A stretch of 64,000 nt of DNA, taken from positions 1,613,803 through 1,677,802 of the forward strand of contig ML996687.1 of assembly GCA_010356995.1 (NCBI GenBank), written 5' to 3'. Shown here piece after piece: positions 35,742-53,767 of this stretch; within the stretch, counting starts at the first letter, position 1; each line of letters starts with the position of its first letter. Under the pieces are notes generated by a model. That model had not been told where the DNA came from, ran no database searches, and saw only the letters and a program-made list of their open reading frames with translations. Made by a program: the position numbers and the translations under genes. The DNA is from Trichodelitschia bisporula (taxonomy: Eukaryota).

Positions 35742-36799
35742 AGAGTCTTCTGGTTTCTTTGGCTGTGTTTTTGGACCCTTGTGCCATGTGCTTTCAGTAG
35801 CATATGGCGAACTGAATGTAACAATATGTGCCCAAAATGTGAGATATACACTTGCAACATTCATTGATGTGCGGAAACCGATATGACGGAGTGGGGAACG
35901 GGGAGCTCATCCCCGCTCCCGATCTTCCCCTGCTATATATGTCAAGGATATCCTTGGTCGAGCGCCAGGAGCATGGACGTTTAGATTTGAATGCATCGGA
36001 CCACCGAGGTCGCTAGATAATTCGGCCTCTCGGCCCTGCGGGCTCTCCAGCTCCACCAATGCCCTGAAAGCCAGCACTTATGTTGACCCGAACATTCGGG
36101 GAGGGTTGCGCGACAACACCAGCATGCGGAAGTAGCTTCATGAAACTCGGTCAGATCAATAAGCCCATCCACCCCAAGTCTATCCTACAAGCCCCTGGAC
36201 CATCCCGCTAACGCAAGGACCCGAGCACCCATTAACGTACACCTCTATACGGACCCAAGCCCCCTCACCCAGCTAAAGCAAAGACACAAACATTCGAGTT
36301 CCATCTGCCATCATCCACGAACTCAACTCTCATTGAGTCGGAATTACTAGATGCACTGCTCCACATAGTGCTTCAAAGCATCCTCATCACCGACATCCCA
36401 TGCTTGTTGAAGCCCACATCATCATCCGTGCATCTCCTTGAACGCGCCGCCCTACCTGACAAGTAGACAGCATACATATACAGCTCTCCCGTCCACAATC
36501 AGCACAACTAAGCTACAGAGACGTCAAACAGCATATGACTCCAAAATAGAAATTCCCCAGAAACACAACTGGAACCGGGCTCCTTCCCCTCCAGTGAAGG
36601 GCAAACTCCAGATAAGATGCACCGCAAACCCCCTACCCGCCGTGCCAGTACCCGTTCCCGGTTCCCGCACCCTATTTTGGACCGAAATTGACGAAAACAC
36701 GATGCAGAAGAAACCACATGACGTGGGATGAAGCGCAGAACGCCGCCACTCACCAGCCAGGGACCGCTCCCCAAACGCCCGCACCAAAGTACGCCGAGA

Positions 36800-39700
36800 C
36801 TAGTTGAGAAAGCCTTTGCAGGCGGTGGTACCACAGAGACATGGGATGCGATCGTCACTCTCCCACTCGCGCTCGAACTTGTAGTCGTAGGTCAACTCCT
36901 CGTCTGGGGCAGGTTAGCAATGCAGGTTTTGTTACATGAGGCACAACTCACTCTTAGAGATGTCCCTCAGCGCATAGATGACTATGCGCTTGGTTCCGTC
37001 GACCTTGATAATTTTGGCTGTGCAGTTGGGCATGCAGCTGTGGTTAATGAAGCGTGCAATGCCGCCCTTCTTCGTCGCGTCGATGAGCGTGTCTTCATCA
37101 ATACGAAAGAGATAGCTGCTGCCGATGCCTTGCCTCTCATATTGCTTCTCTCGATCATCCGCAACGCGCTGGCGCACCAACTGGCCGACATACTCAATGA
37201 TCATATCGTTGGCCGTAATGTTCTCCTCGGCGTACAAGCCCCAGTTGTGAATGGCGGACCGGTCGAATTTGACAAGCTTCTTTCTCTTCTTCAACTGATT
37301 GAAGCGAACCGAGTCCGCATCGCCGCCGCGGTGAGTTACCATCTCATTGACAAGGCGACGGTTGTTCGCACGATTTGAACGAGATGAAATTCCAGGGGCA
37401 ATGGCGCCGGAGACCTTCGAGTCTTCTGTTGGCACATCTGCGTTGCCTTTATCCTGGCGCTGTCGCTCTTCTCGCGCCTTCTGAACCTTGATTCGATGAG
37501 GGAGATACTTGGATTTTTCGGATTCCAAGATCTTCTTGACGCCTTCGGACCGTGCGGCTCCCGTCCCATTGGGAACATAGTAGCCGTCAATCCCGTTTTC
37601 CTTCCGGACAATACCGTAGACTCCACCGTTGTTCAAGGCTTTGGCTTGCTTCTGCTTCCAAACCCAGAGTTCGACGTCACCGATGTTCGCAGGCTCCACG
37701 TTAGCAAGCATCGAGACGAGAAGCTGCAAATCCTCATCGTCCTTGACGTAAGACTGCCAACCATCGACGTCCATGACGACAGCGTCGTCATCCTCGACCG
37801 TGCGACGCAACGTTGTGCTGGGCAACCACTGAGTCGCAGACGGCGTATCCATATGAGGCTCAATAATTGTCGGTGTAGGTTCGAGTGCAGGAGTTTGGTC
37901 CGAGGAGTCTTTGACGTCGATATGCTCCGCTTCATCGGCCAGATCAGCGGCCTCTCTGGCTGCGGCAGCTTTAAGGGCCGCGCGCTCCTCGAGAAGTTGT
38001 TTCTTGGTTTTCCGCTTCGCTTTCGGTTTCTTGGCCTTGGTAGACCTGACAGCAGGAACGGCTTCCATGCTCTCGACGATCGATATGTTGTCCGAGTCCG
38101 GAACGGTGTCGCCAGCGGCAGGCTCGAGATGGTTTGTATGGTCCTCCTTTTTACCGCCAAAGAAGAGTTCGTCATCCTCAGCAGCCTTCTGTCGCAATCG
38201 AACTTCAGCAGCCGCACGCTTCCTCAATCCCGATGACCGGGGCAAGGTGGAGAGCACTTGCTCAAGTTCGCGCATAGCCATATCTTCAGGTTCCTTGTCA
38301 AGGAGATGACCCAAGGTGCTCCGGGCAACCGCGTCCAAGCCTTCGTCGTCACTTTCAGCGCCCCATCCGGCTTCCAGACGGCGACGCTTGCTCTTCGGAA
38401 CCGGTAGTCCATCCTCGTCCAATTCTAGAGTGGCATGGCTCGGTGCAACGCTTTGCGCACGACTCTCCTGTTCTTCCGACTCCAGAGTGGCGGGCGTATG
38501 GCTTTCATCATCCGACTCTTCGTCGTGAAACTCCAGCAGTCTGCGATGGAGGGGTACCATCGTGCGTGTCCTGGTTGGAGCTGTACGGCGGCGTCGCTCG
38601 TCCGCAAAGGCGTTGACAGGTCGCATGAATTCTTCACGACGACGGCGGTCGTGTCCGGCGCGGAGATGTTTGCGACCACCATGATTGCCCGTGCGCGCGT
38701 TGGGTGTTCCGACATATGGTGAGAGGGCACCAGTAAAACCTCGCGGTGGCTCCGCTTCTATCGGCGGCTGAATTCCAAGGCGGGTACGTTTCTCTTCGAG
38801 TCGCTCAGGCGCCAACAAGCCGTAGATTTCGGGCACAGCCACCTTGGCCTTGATCTCCTTCAAAACCATCTCCTTCAAGTTCGGTATGAGGAGTTCCAAC
38901 GCAGCGCGAACTGTATCCAGCTTCTCAGCACGAAGTTGCCTCTCCTTCTCATAATCCTCTTCATCCTGCATTTTGATCCGGAGGCGCTCCGCTCGCTCCT
39001 TCGCCTCGGCAGCCACGCGTTCAGGGCTGGGACTCCGCACGTAGTTGGGATTGCCGAACTGCTGTAAATCCATGTTCATGGTGTAGGTGAAGAGGGGCTG
39101 CATGTTGCAGCCCTGGTGGCACCGTACAGCTTCGTCTTCACCACGCTTCGACTGCTCAAAGGTGATGAAATATCCGGTGGGGTCGCATCGAACGTCCTTC
39201 CAGTGGTAAGCCTTGAGCCGCTTCTTCATGTGCGCAATGGTTGTTCCAAGAACGGGTACGTAGCAATGGGCGATGAAGATGAAAGGCTGGCGCTTGATAG
39301 AGTCGATGACGGGCTCCGACTCAACCAGCGCGTGTGCTGCCGGACGTTGGAACGTCGGCGGAGGGGGATGAACAGTCGGCCGCATAGCTACACCTTTGCC
39401 AGACGGTCCCTTCGGGGCATTGGGAGGTGGCTCTAGAGGCCCAACCACAGGGGTGGGTGGGACGCGCTTCAGAGCCTCTTCTTTGGCCATTTTCTCTCGC
39501 TCCTCACGTTTGGCCCGGAGAGCACGGTCTACGTAGCGTCTGCAGCGCGTGCCTTCGGGGTCACGTTCGATCTTCACAATGGCCTGGTCCATCTTGTGTC
39601 CGGAGCCTTCCTTCTCAGCACGAGAAGCAGCCTGGGTCGCGGGGATCAAAACTTCTCCGCGCCTCGTAGGCTGCTTGTCTCTGTAGGTGACGGAGCATAT

Positions 39701-40730
39701 CCCCAAAAAAATGCCCGTCACTGGGTCCGTGTGGTTCATAAACTCTGCAATCTCGCCGAAGCTTGCGAGCAGCGACCGGACCTTCACGTCCGAAGTGAGC
39801 GGATTGAACCCATGGGCGACGATTTTCGTGGCAGGACTGCGACCGACCGACACATTCTTATCAAATGGGTAGGGCTTGACCACGTAGGGAGCAATGCGCA
39901 ACTTTGCCTTGCTTGGTCGACGGTGATACGTACCAGCCGAGTAACCCGCAATCGCAAGCCGCGGGTCCGGAGGGACAGAGGTTTCGTTCTACAAGCAGAG
40001 CCGTCAGTATTCCATCTTTTCAATTGCATGCTCCTTTTCACGCCACCCGGATGCTTGTAGAACGTACCTCTGTCCCGAATTCCTTCCACCGCGGTTTGTA
40101 TTTACGTTTATCTTTGTGCGACAGGTTCACGTCGGTCTCGGGATCGTATACGAGCTTCAGTCCCTTGACCTCGCCAGGGCCAGGGCGCGCTTGACGGACG
40201 GGGGAGGGAGGAGTTTGAATCGGGGTGATGGTATTGGCCAACGCAGGCGATATCATGGTTGCGGACCCGAGGGAAGTAGGAAGACCGTCCGTGTCATTCA
40301 TCGCATCGAAGGTCCGCTTGCCTAGACGAGGGCTTGACTCCTTTCGCAACGGCGAGGACTCTGTGTTGGTAAGAGGAGTTAGGGCGCTCATGTTGTACGT
40401 GCCACCCGACTGAGGCAGCGCAGAGTTGTTTTGATTGCTGAAAACCGAAGAAACCGCACTCGACAACGAGCTCGCCGAACCGATGCCGGTCAGCGTATCG
40501 CTGGGCGAAGCCTTCTGAGGGTCATCATCTTCGAGTGAGTTGTCCGCGCCCAGGCTCGCGCGTGGCGTCGTTGTACTGTCGGTGTTGACGTACGTAAGGT
40601 CGCGACGGGGAAGAGAGTTGCTTGACGACGAGCCGGATTGTGCATTCGATGCAGTCTTGGTGCGCTCCCGCTGCAGCACTGATGGGGCGTTTGGGAAGAA
40701 TTCCGCAAGCCGGTTTCTCGACCGCGACAT
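36800..40730 (-). CDS. SET1: Histone H3K4 methyltransferase Set1, 3 exons
   Basis: N-terminal LVYDPE motif, RRM region, n-[13 protein letters not shown] ([31 protein letters not shown]) and post-[25 protein letters not shown]. Confidence 0.96.
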
Positions 40731-42238
40731 AATAGTCTGACGCCGTAACCTCTCCACGTCAATGACTACTCCTCATCCCGATATTCCACGCGTTGGGGTT
40801 CTCTGAGGAGTAAAGGACGCGATGCAAAAGGCCAGTCGAGGCTTGCTTGTGGGTGGAGATTGTGAGTTTGCAAGGCGGACGCGCGAGAAGTACGCGCACG
40901 AAGCGCTTGCGGATGGCGGGCGCGAAGTCAAGCAGTCAGTCTTGGGGGACGTGACAAGCAGGAACTTTGCAGCGAGGAGCTGTAGTCTGATGGACGGTAT
41001 AGTGTAGGCAGAGATTGTAAGAAATGACAGGAGTAGTCGTGGCAAAGACCACAACGAGCAAGGGCGGAGCGGTGCAAGCAGTGGGGGGGGAGTAGTGGGG
41101 AGGTTGGAGACCAAGTGTGGTGGTGTTGTACGGTGGAGAGAATGAGTTGAGGTGCGCCTCTCTACGGGGAGGGGGCGGTTAAGGTGAGGTTGCAACTTCC
41201 AAGGTTCCAAGCAAAGGGGCGAAGCGAAAGGAATGCCCTTCTTTAGGTCTGCCCATTTCCTCCCAGTCGAACCAAACCCAACCCTCTTCAAAAGGACACC
41301 CGGCCCTCCCTTTCGTCCCCCTACATAACCCCCCTCTCTTGTCAACCTTCGACCCGGCAACTAGCGGCCAGCGAAGAGAGAAAGAAAGAGATGAGAGAGA
41401 GAGAGAAACGCATCCATAGCGACATCGCCGCGATGACAACACTGACAACACTGACAAGCAACAACACTCGAACGATGCAGCAACTCTGCAAACACACAGC
41501 TTCTGGACTCTTGTTTGCCTATATTTGAGCTTGCACCATGATATTTTCCTTCTCTGCACGTCAGAGCATCAACACGTCGCCGGCACAGACAAACCGGTCA
41601 ATCTGCCCGACAGACAGTACATCTACCACAGCCTACAGCCATCGTTATCCACTGTCCAGGATGTACTGCCAGACCTTGTTCTCCACCATACATTCACCGC
41701 CACTCTGCGCCGCTCGAGTATTGCGTCGCATTGCACTTTGCGCGAAGTTCACGTGAGCAGTAGGCTGCTGCAACTCCGTCGCCATCCTTGACCCCTTCGA
41801 GCCGTTGTATCATCCTCTCTTGAATATATTCTTGGTCCCGTTGAAATACCCGTCCAGCTTCACGACTGCGTTACACGAACGATACACATAGCAGGTCTGC
41901 GCAGGTGGCTCTTGGGAGCATGCGTGGTCGAAACCCATGCTCAACCACGAATCGCAAGGGTGACGCTCGGAACCCCCGCCCTCGGCCTCCGTATCATTTC
42001 GCCAGCAGTATTCCAGCTTCAGATGGCGCCTTTGCCTCTCTGTATACGGCCTAGGAGGGTGTAGAGGGACATTGGTACACAGTGACGCAGCCAGACTGTG
42101 GAGTCTCTTATCGCACGGGCACATTAGCAGGATGGACCACACTATGGAAGTAGGCGGTAGCACAAGGCGTCAATTTTGACGCTGCGCATGGCTTTTATGT
42201 TATGGCGGAACGCCGTCATTGTGATCAAGCTGGTCTCT

Positions 42239-43054
<816 letters not shown>

Positions 43055-43770
43055 GGTTGCGATTGACAATTGAGGTGGTGGTGTGTGGGTGCGGGGTTGA
43101 GCGGGGTTTGAGTATGGAGGGGTTGAAGCTGCAAAGCTTAGTTCTAAAAGTTGAGGTAAAGATTGTCTGTTTGACAGTTGACGTCAGTCAATGTATTCTA
43201 AAAATGATCTGCTCTGCCGGTTTAGGATTATCACCTGCGTTGTTCCTGCGCAAAAGGGAAAAGCAAGGAGAAAAAGATATGTAGGGTGATAGGCGGATGG
43301 AGCTCGAGAAGTCAATGTGAGGTGAGGTAAGATGACGCTTTTCAGCTTTCGGGGCACCGCAAAGCAGACGTTTTCCGCGGGGCTGAAACGGATCGCCTGC
43401 AGCAACCGCCTTGCATTCACCATCCGATGTTCGGCATGAACTTCTCCACCATGTAAACGAGGCAGTTCATTTCTTGAGCCCTAAAACTACCATGTACGGT
43501 ACGCCCTAACAGCTTACGTTCCGCGTTTGAACTTCACGTGTCACCAGATGGTCAAACAAGACTATCTCAAAAGCAGTCAGTCGGCTTCACTTGGTCTACT
43601 GTAGTAAGCTACGACATCACAAAAGACGTAAAGCCCCGTTCCACATCATCGCCATCAAAGTGTCGCCTAAAATCCAACCATCATCAAATAACCCTCAAGT
43701 CGGAAAACAACCGATATCTCGCAAACCCAGTTTAGACGCCAGTACATGTCTTTCGCTTCGTATTTTTGGC

Positions 43771-46121
<2,351 letters not shown>

Positions 46122-49100
46122 GATGTAGGGCGGGTGTAAGGTACGAGCAACGAGGCTACCAGGGTGGGTGGGGTGTGTGTGTAGGTTGAAGAGGGGAAGA
46201 TGTGTCTTTGAGGTGATTGCGGGGTAGAAGCTCAGGAAAACTGTGTCACAGGTGGAGGAATAACGAAGGGGGGGGGGTAAACAGTGGGAGAAGATGGGTT
46301 GGAGACGGTGAGTGAGCAAGGAGGGGTTTTGAAGGTGTGTAGTCGGAAAGCAGCAAGTCTTTATATGCAGGTGGTTCGCCTCTGGTGCGTGGACTGGCGG
46401 GGGTGGGGCGGAGCCAAGAGTGTGCGCAAACAGAGGAGCTGAGGGGTGCGGCTGGGAGGGAGGAAGGGTCTTGGGAGAGGCGTCGGAAGGTGCAGGACAG
46501 GGCCGGGGGGTTCTCATGCAGGCAGGAACAGGGATAAGCAGCTCAAAGGTTCGTGGATGGGTGGATGTGGGGGGAGTGGGAATGTGTGTATGGACGTGTA
46601 TGGAAGGGGGGGGGGTCTGTGTGCGAGTGCTGAGCAGGGGAAGCGGAGAAGCAAGTAGTTGGTACGTTAAGACGACAACTTGGGAAAACTCTCCTACAGC
46701 AAGAGAGCAGCGAGCAGCGAGCAGGGGAGCCGAGGAAGACTATGAATGGGTGAATGTCTATGCATTCCTAAGGTGGGATACTGTACCTGTACTATGTACG
46801 CTGTAAGCGCGGGTGGCCCAGCCATGTAAAGCGTGCGTTGAATGCTCTTTTTCCTCCACTACTGGCTAGAGACTGGCTTCACCAGTTGAGAGCCAGAAGC
46901 TTCAATGACTCAAATGAATCTTGGGCGCGGGCATCGCTTCGACATTTCGTCTCGTCTCGTGGACATGGCATATTCTCTCTATCGTCACTTTACTGACATG
47001 TCGACTAGCCAGGAACAAGCCCTCCGGAACATGCATGGCACCCGAGAGCTACCATCCAAGCCAATCCCACACCGGGCGCCAATTCGTCGCTCTCTCTCAC
47101 ATTCCGGAGGAACACGAGGCGAGGGAAGATTCAAGAGAGTAGCCCCGGCAACGATCAGCGGAAACTCTTGGAGATGGAGGATGTTGGGCGGAGAAAATAG
47201 TGTAGCAAATGGCGTCACTGCATCGAAAAAAGATGGCCGCCGTGGCCACGTCCCTGAAACACCGCAGGGCCAGATCAGCACCCCCCCCTCATCGTCTCTT
47301 CATTGCCCCTCCCATTCCTCCGTCCTTTGCACAATCACCAACCATTTCCCTTGGCGGAGTGATGGCCCCCTACTACGGTATCACTTTCAATATGGCTTGC
47401 CACTTGGCCTGATTGCTTTCCCTCGACTTCTCCCCCATATCTACGCATGAAGCCGAGAAAATGCAAAAATGGTGCAGTCCCCAAGTGGGGCACGCCCCTC
47501 CCCGCCAATTGACGGCTCCGCTTGTGGCGCTTTTCGCAGATCTGCACAGCCCCGGATACGGAGAGCCACCATGGTGGGAGGCTGTGGCAGTGCAAACCGA
47601 AGTACCCTCGTAGATATCGACGACGAGAAGAAGAAAAGGAGTAATAACACTCAAGAACTACGCCATTTTTCCACTCATAGTTGCCAGGGTAACTTCGGTG
47701 GCTACCCGTACGAAACCATGCACGCTGCACTCTGCATGTACCCGTCGCCTCGTCACTCTGCGCTGCTCGCATATTCCTTCAGCTGGGGGAGAAAGTGATT
47801 TGCGGCCGGGATCATTATGGGATCACGTCGTATACGTTAAGGCCTCATAGCATCATACTGATAACCCCAGTTTTCTCTCCCGGATTTCGACTGTCGATGA
47901 ACCCGAGCAGAAGCCCCGGAGCTACGGCACAACGGCGAGACAAGGGTTGCCCAAGCCAATTCGTGACCTGTCAAAAACTTGTGGGTTGTGGCAGTACGTC
48001 GCCAAAAATAAATCCGATAGGATACCGCGCCAGCACTTCCAGATTCGGCCATTTTGTCCCATGACAATCAACATTGTCGATGCTACCCTTCAGCGGTGCG
48101 CAAATGGCTCAAAATTTGCTCTGCATGGCCATGCTCGCCTCCCCGTGCACCCGGTCGTTCCAGGCGAGATTCAGCCGGCTGGATGGATCAGGATCTAGTG
48201 GTGCCATCAGAAGTCCTTCTGTCACCCACTTCACCCAATTACAATCTGTTCTCACCGCATTCTGTTCCTGCGCCGACTTCTATTGACCCACAGGCCGCCA
48301 CTGCCGTACCCGGGCAGGCAGTATTCTGGTTCCGAGTGCAGACCCTTAGGGTCTGCTCCGAATTTCATACTTTCTTCTTGCAGTGGCATGGCGGTCAGCA
48401 GAAGTGCAGGTTGCTGAGGAGCTAGCGAGCCTCGTCCTCCTGCACATTACCCCCTTCATACGTTTAGGCCAGTACTGATCGCAAAGCTTAACCAAAATCC
48501 GCCCGCCCTTACTGAAGATGAAGCTCAATCATTCGCTACTTCGTCGTCCACCGTCCGCCATGAACTTCGACTCCCAGGTTAGAGCCGTCCCCTTGACGAC
48601 AGTTGTATGATTACCCCTCTTTAACCTTGCGGGTGCATTATCATGCCCTCGCTTCAATCACATTATCTAGTAAAGTATTCCTGAGATGCTTTCCTCTGGC
48701 AGCCCGAGGGCTTCTGTTTTCAACTCTCTCAGCATACACTGCACCGACAGACCCGAGCCTAAGCACCCCAATGTCGCTGGCCATCTCCAACTTCAGAGAG
48801 CACCATGAACGAACTGACAGCTCGGAATCCAACCCCCCGCATTCAACTCTCAGCCCGCTGACAAGCTGCATCTCAGCCTTCTGAGCACGATTCAGCCTTC
48901 AGCCTTCCCAGCTGTGGCGTCACCTTAGGCTGGAGGCCTATCGATAAGGCTGTACATGACGCCACATTAAATCGTCGCTTCTGGTTGGCTCTTCACCAAG
49001 CCTTCTGTGCAATGACGCCCTGTGAGCTGCAAATAAGATTCGAAATCCCAGCTCGATATCACAAGCGGATAACGTAAGACTGGAAATCCTTCAAGTCTAT

Positions 49101-49317
49101 GCCATTATTTGACCATAATCACGACTACAGACTCTATCCGAGTGCAGGATGCTGGTTTGCAGTAGCTAAGCGCCTTGATATCAACCACCAAGAAGCCATC
49201 GTTTCAAGGCCGACAATCATGTCGGAAAAGCGACCAGCTAACGCCCATTCTGCCTGCACGTTTTTAGCACCATTGGCCTAGGGAGCGTACCGAGTACAGA
49301 TGTATTCCCTCTCCATG

Positions 49318-51992
49318 CTACCACGCCAGTCCTGTGGCATTCCAAGGCCACACATCCTCAAAGTTCCATCCCTGGTTGTCGACCACCCCAAACTGCATGT
49401 CGTCCAGCGTCAACTCCGGGAGCTGCATAAAAGGCGTTGGGGCAGCCGTAAAGGGAACAGTTGCCCCTGCCGGCGTCCCCGCGTTCGGCGTCGTCTGCGC
49501 TAATCAGTACCCGATATCCGTCCCTTAAGGGCATTTGCGACAGGACTCACCTCGTTAACAGAGTTTCCTGCACTTAGCGTCGGTGCTCCTGCGTCTGGAG
49601 CCTGCGGCCACGTCTCTTGCGAGCCGAGCACCCGGTAGAAGAGATGCAACAACCTCTCAATCGCCAGCATCAGGTGCGGATTCAAGTCGCGCGGCGCGGG
49701 GCTGATAGCGGCGCGGAACATGGAATACCCGGCCATAAGCAGCCACATCTGGCCGTAGAGCTCTCCAATGCGCAGGATTTTGTCTTGGAGGATTGTTACG
49801 GCGGACTCGATCCGTGCTGAGAAGGCGGGGATGAGGGCTTGAAGGACAAGCTCGGCGGGTTCTGGGAACGTAAGCATATGAAGAGGCGCGGGTGCGGATG
49901 GTAACGTTACGTTCTGTGGCTTTCCACATTACCACGCTGTGGGCGATTGTCACGGCGGAGCGGAAGACGTCTTCGCGCAGCGTGTTGAGTGCGTAGCTCT
50001 GTTGCTTCGCGAGGCGGGCGTGGAAGTCCAGGATGCGAGTGGCCGAGTTTACACACACCACACGCGAGTAGAGGTATCGCGAATGCCGCTCTGTGTTGCG
50101 AGCAAAGGGCAAGTGAATCATGAGCAGATGCTGGCTCAGCTGGATATCTAACAGCAGTGCAGGGACTGTAGCCGGCGAAAGCGGCCCCTCCTCGGTCATG
50201 TTCCGCGCGACTCGAGTCCAAGCCGGCAACGCTTCAAGCGCATTGTTCAGCTCCTGGTCGTAGGCGAGCAGTTCCTCGTACGTGATAGTCGATAGCCGAT
50301 CATTGGTCATACGGTTCATAACCAAGCGCAACGTAAAGCTCCGGCTCGCAAGGTGCAAAAACGACGTCTGCGTAAACTCCTCCAGCGGTCGCGGCGGCGG
50401 CATTTCTAGCGTCTCTTCCCCAAACTCGTCGTCGGAAATGTTGAGCGGGCTACCGCAGTCAGCTGTATGCACAACGGAAAACGACGGCAGGCCGCGGTCA
50501 AAGGAGGCCTGCAGCTCGAGCTCGACAATTGTGGCCCACAACCGCCGCCGCATTTCATTCTCGAATGGGGTTATCCGTGGGCGGCTGCCGGTGCGGCTAC
50601 GCGCTTGGCCGATCGGGTCGCGGCCGATTAGCGTTGGGTCCCGGTGCAAGCCGCGCGCCAGGCTGAAGTTGAGCATCGAGGTTGCTTCCTCCCACAGGCG
50701 CTTGGCCTTGATGGAGTTGGCGAGCTTGCTGATGTACAGCAGGATGCGGACTTGAAACATCTCAAGCGTCAGATGTTTCTTGCTCTGGCCCATCCACCAG
50801 TCCTCGCAGGCGGTGATGCGCAGGGAGGCGAATTCACGGGCGGCGGAGCTGAGGCCGTAAAAGGAGAGTGTTCGGTTCGGGAGGAGGCAGCGGGTGGTAG
50901 AGAGGATGAGGAGGAGGACGGCCATGAAGGACTCTGTAGCTTCGGATGGATGATCCCAGAAGGTATGGTAGCTGGCCCAGAACTGGGGGGCATGAAGGAT
51001 GCGATATGTCGTTCCTATAGTTTCCCAGTAGAGCGTTACTGATGGATCTACTTCTTCTCGAGGTGGAATGAGTTCGCGGAGATTTCGTTTTGGCTGGTTT
51101 GCTGCAATCTCCTTCTTTACTTTGCGGTACTTGACGCGCAGGTCGTATGCTTCGTTGCGTACTTGCTGGAGTGTCGGGCTGAAGGTACTCGGATCTTGCA
51201 TGAAGACTTGGAAGTCAGGATTCTGCAAGAGTCAGTATTCTGATTCGTGCGAGGGCTTTTGCGCTTGCTCCAGCAGTTGAGCCTGTTCCACACCTGAAAG
51301 TAGAATGGAAGATGAGAGAGACTTGCATGCTGAAGGATATTCGAAGCACTCGACGCAATGGTCATGGAGCTACTCGCCCCAAAGAACTGTGTCTTAAAGC
51401 TCTTCCCACGAAACAACATCGTCTCCTCCTCCTTCAAAGTCTGCAATGCCGGAGACTCCCCACTTCCAGGACTCTTACCCGGCACAGCACCCCTCGCAAG
51501 CAGCACCTCCGCCATACTCCCCTCCTGCCCCACACCTGCTGGACTCTCAATCCGCGCCACCCGCCTCGCCAACCCCGTCAACCTCTCCTCAAGCCCAACA
51601 GCCGGACTCACCGCCGCACTCGCGGCAGCACCCCACCCCACATCTTGAGCCCTACTCATTCCCGCGGCTCCCGGCACCACGCTGTCAGCCTTGCGCCCCC
51701 CCTCCAGCTGACCATCCCCGACCTCGCTCCCGGGACCCGCCCGCTCATCATACCGACACGCGCCCGTAGGACCCGCGCGCATGCACCGACCACACACGGG
51801 AAACACGCGATCGCACTTGAGCTTGCGGCGGCGGCAATCGATGCACGAGTACTTCTTGCGCTTGCGCTTCGGGGGCGCGGGGTCGGACGCCACGCCGTAG
51901 GGTACAGGACCGATGCCGGGACCGGTACCGAGGCCCGGGCGCGGGTGCTCGGGTGAGGAGGAGGGGTCGGAGTGGTGGGTTTGGTGTGACAT
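49318..51992 (-). CDS. Zn(II)2Cys6 transcription factor with fungal-specific TF domain
   Basis: SCIDCRRRKLKCDRVFPVCGRC..C, FRGKSFKTQFFG, GLHRDP, EMRRRLWATIVELELQAS; about three introns. C-terminal exon inferred. Confidence 0.88.
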
Positions 51993-52844
51993 GGTGCTTC
52001 CGGCTGTGGTGAGAGAGTGTCGGAGTTGGAGGTCGGAGGTGGGCGAGGCTTTCGGCTTTATGAGCGATCCTGGTCTGGGCGTGACGGGGGTGGCTGGCCA
52101 GCCAGCCGATTGGCGGAGGGTAGCGCGACGATCTTACTGTGCAGTTCGTCAGCAAGAAGAAGGCTTCGCATTGGAAGGATGGTGTCGATGGGAATGGGGA
52201 CGGTGTAGGTTTTAGTTGTAGTGAGTCTGTCCGCGCCATTATTAACTTTGAGATTTCGTGACTTGTCTATTATCAGCGCAACTGTGCCAATGCTTCATAT
52301 CCGAACACCACGTCATAGGAGGAACCATTGAGGGTGTAGGACCGGAGAAGAAGGCATCGGCAATCTTTACATGCTTCTGTAACGGGGATGAATTGGTTTC
52401 CTGCTGTCAGAGCTTACCCTCCGTACCAAACCCATGGCTCAATTGAGCAACGATGCGACTCGTAGTTGACAAAGTCTTGTCCTTTCTCAGGGATGTTGGC
52501 GTCAGGTACACTTTAAAGGCACGCTTGAACCCGGTGTTACCTGGCCTGCCTGCCATCATCTCTATGTCGTCGGCAGTAGCAGACACTCCTCTACAGTGCC
52601 TCCTAACCGAGTACTAGCATCTCACTCCTCATCCCAGTATGTCGGTCCGCATTCCCACCGTCCTTCTAGCTGTACACCGCCATCCGTCTCAGAGTGGAGA
52701 TACACCAATAATACACAGATCCCGAATTGCATGCCCCCTAGCGCCAACCACGAGTCCGATGTGCTCAAACTCTGAACGATAAGCACAACCGCGAGACAGA
52801 TGCCACACAAACGCCGGATGCTATGTTGAGATTCTCGAGCACAT

Positions 52845-53767
52845 TTAGAAGAGCACCTTTTGAGCCATCTGTCGCGGGTGTTAGCGAGATGCAGGGCTTA
52901 GGATAAAAGTACTCACGGCCCAAGATCCTGCGACGGTTGCTACGAGACCGCCTGAGATCATCATGGGCTTGACACCCCGAGTACTCTTGAAGATCATCCC
53001 GCTGAGAGCGCCGGCAGCGATGCTGTTCGCGGCGTCGTCTAAACTGGTCAGAACAGCACAGATAGTCATTCTAGGCAGACTTACGCTTTCCGCGCAGATA
53101 TCCGATGTAAGAGTTAATGCCTGTCCAGATCAGCGCACCGCTCCACGCCTCGACTGTAGACCCTACACACCATTGTAAACCATCGCAATCACAGCAGCTG
53201 AATTTCCCACGAACGGCCCTCGCCGGGTCACCGCATTGAGAACAGTGTTGAGTCGGATTTTCGGCGGGGCACCAGGTGGTGTTTTGCGCAATCCCTCCGT
53301 TAAACCCCATGTTCCGCCTAAGATGCTGTCAGCCAACTTTCCCACATCCCTTCGATAGCCCCAGAGCGGCAGCAGCCAGATATGGAAGAGGGAAATTCCG
53401 TACCCACACCAAGCGCCGTCAAGTATGTGCACCCAGTGCCATAGCATAGGTCATCACTCCATCCACGGCTAGGGAGCGCTGACCGAGCGCCGGGCAGGTC
53501 TGATAACACGCCTTCATCGAGAGTGATGTAGTCGAGGGTATCTTGCGTAAGATTCGCCAGCGGATGCAGTTGGGCCGGGTCCACGAGGAAGGAGGAGACG
53601 TCTTGCGCGGTCGTGGGGTCAAAGGAAGAGTGGAAGGTATCGAGAGGTTCCGGGGCGGGCGCAGGAGTGGGCTGCGAGCTCTTACGCCCGGTGAGATTGT
53701 CCCATCTGCTTGGATGTTAGCCAAAAACAACATAAATACATCAGAACAGCCAGACGCACATTGTCAT
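52845..53767 (-). CDS. TIM23: Mitochondrial inner membrane translocase Tim23, 5 exons
   Basis: MTI/WDNLTGRK, LHPLANL, LPSRGWSDDLCYGTG, RLNTVLNAVTRRGPFVGNSA, RGK/DDAANSIAAGALSGMIFKSTRG. Confidence 0.95.

Noticed and set aside
46400..49200. Multiple ORFs between GFA1 and the Zn2Cys6 gene
   Set aside because: None resembles a known protein; most likely promoter/UTR sequence, though a small spliced gene cannot be excluded.
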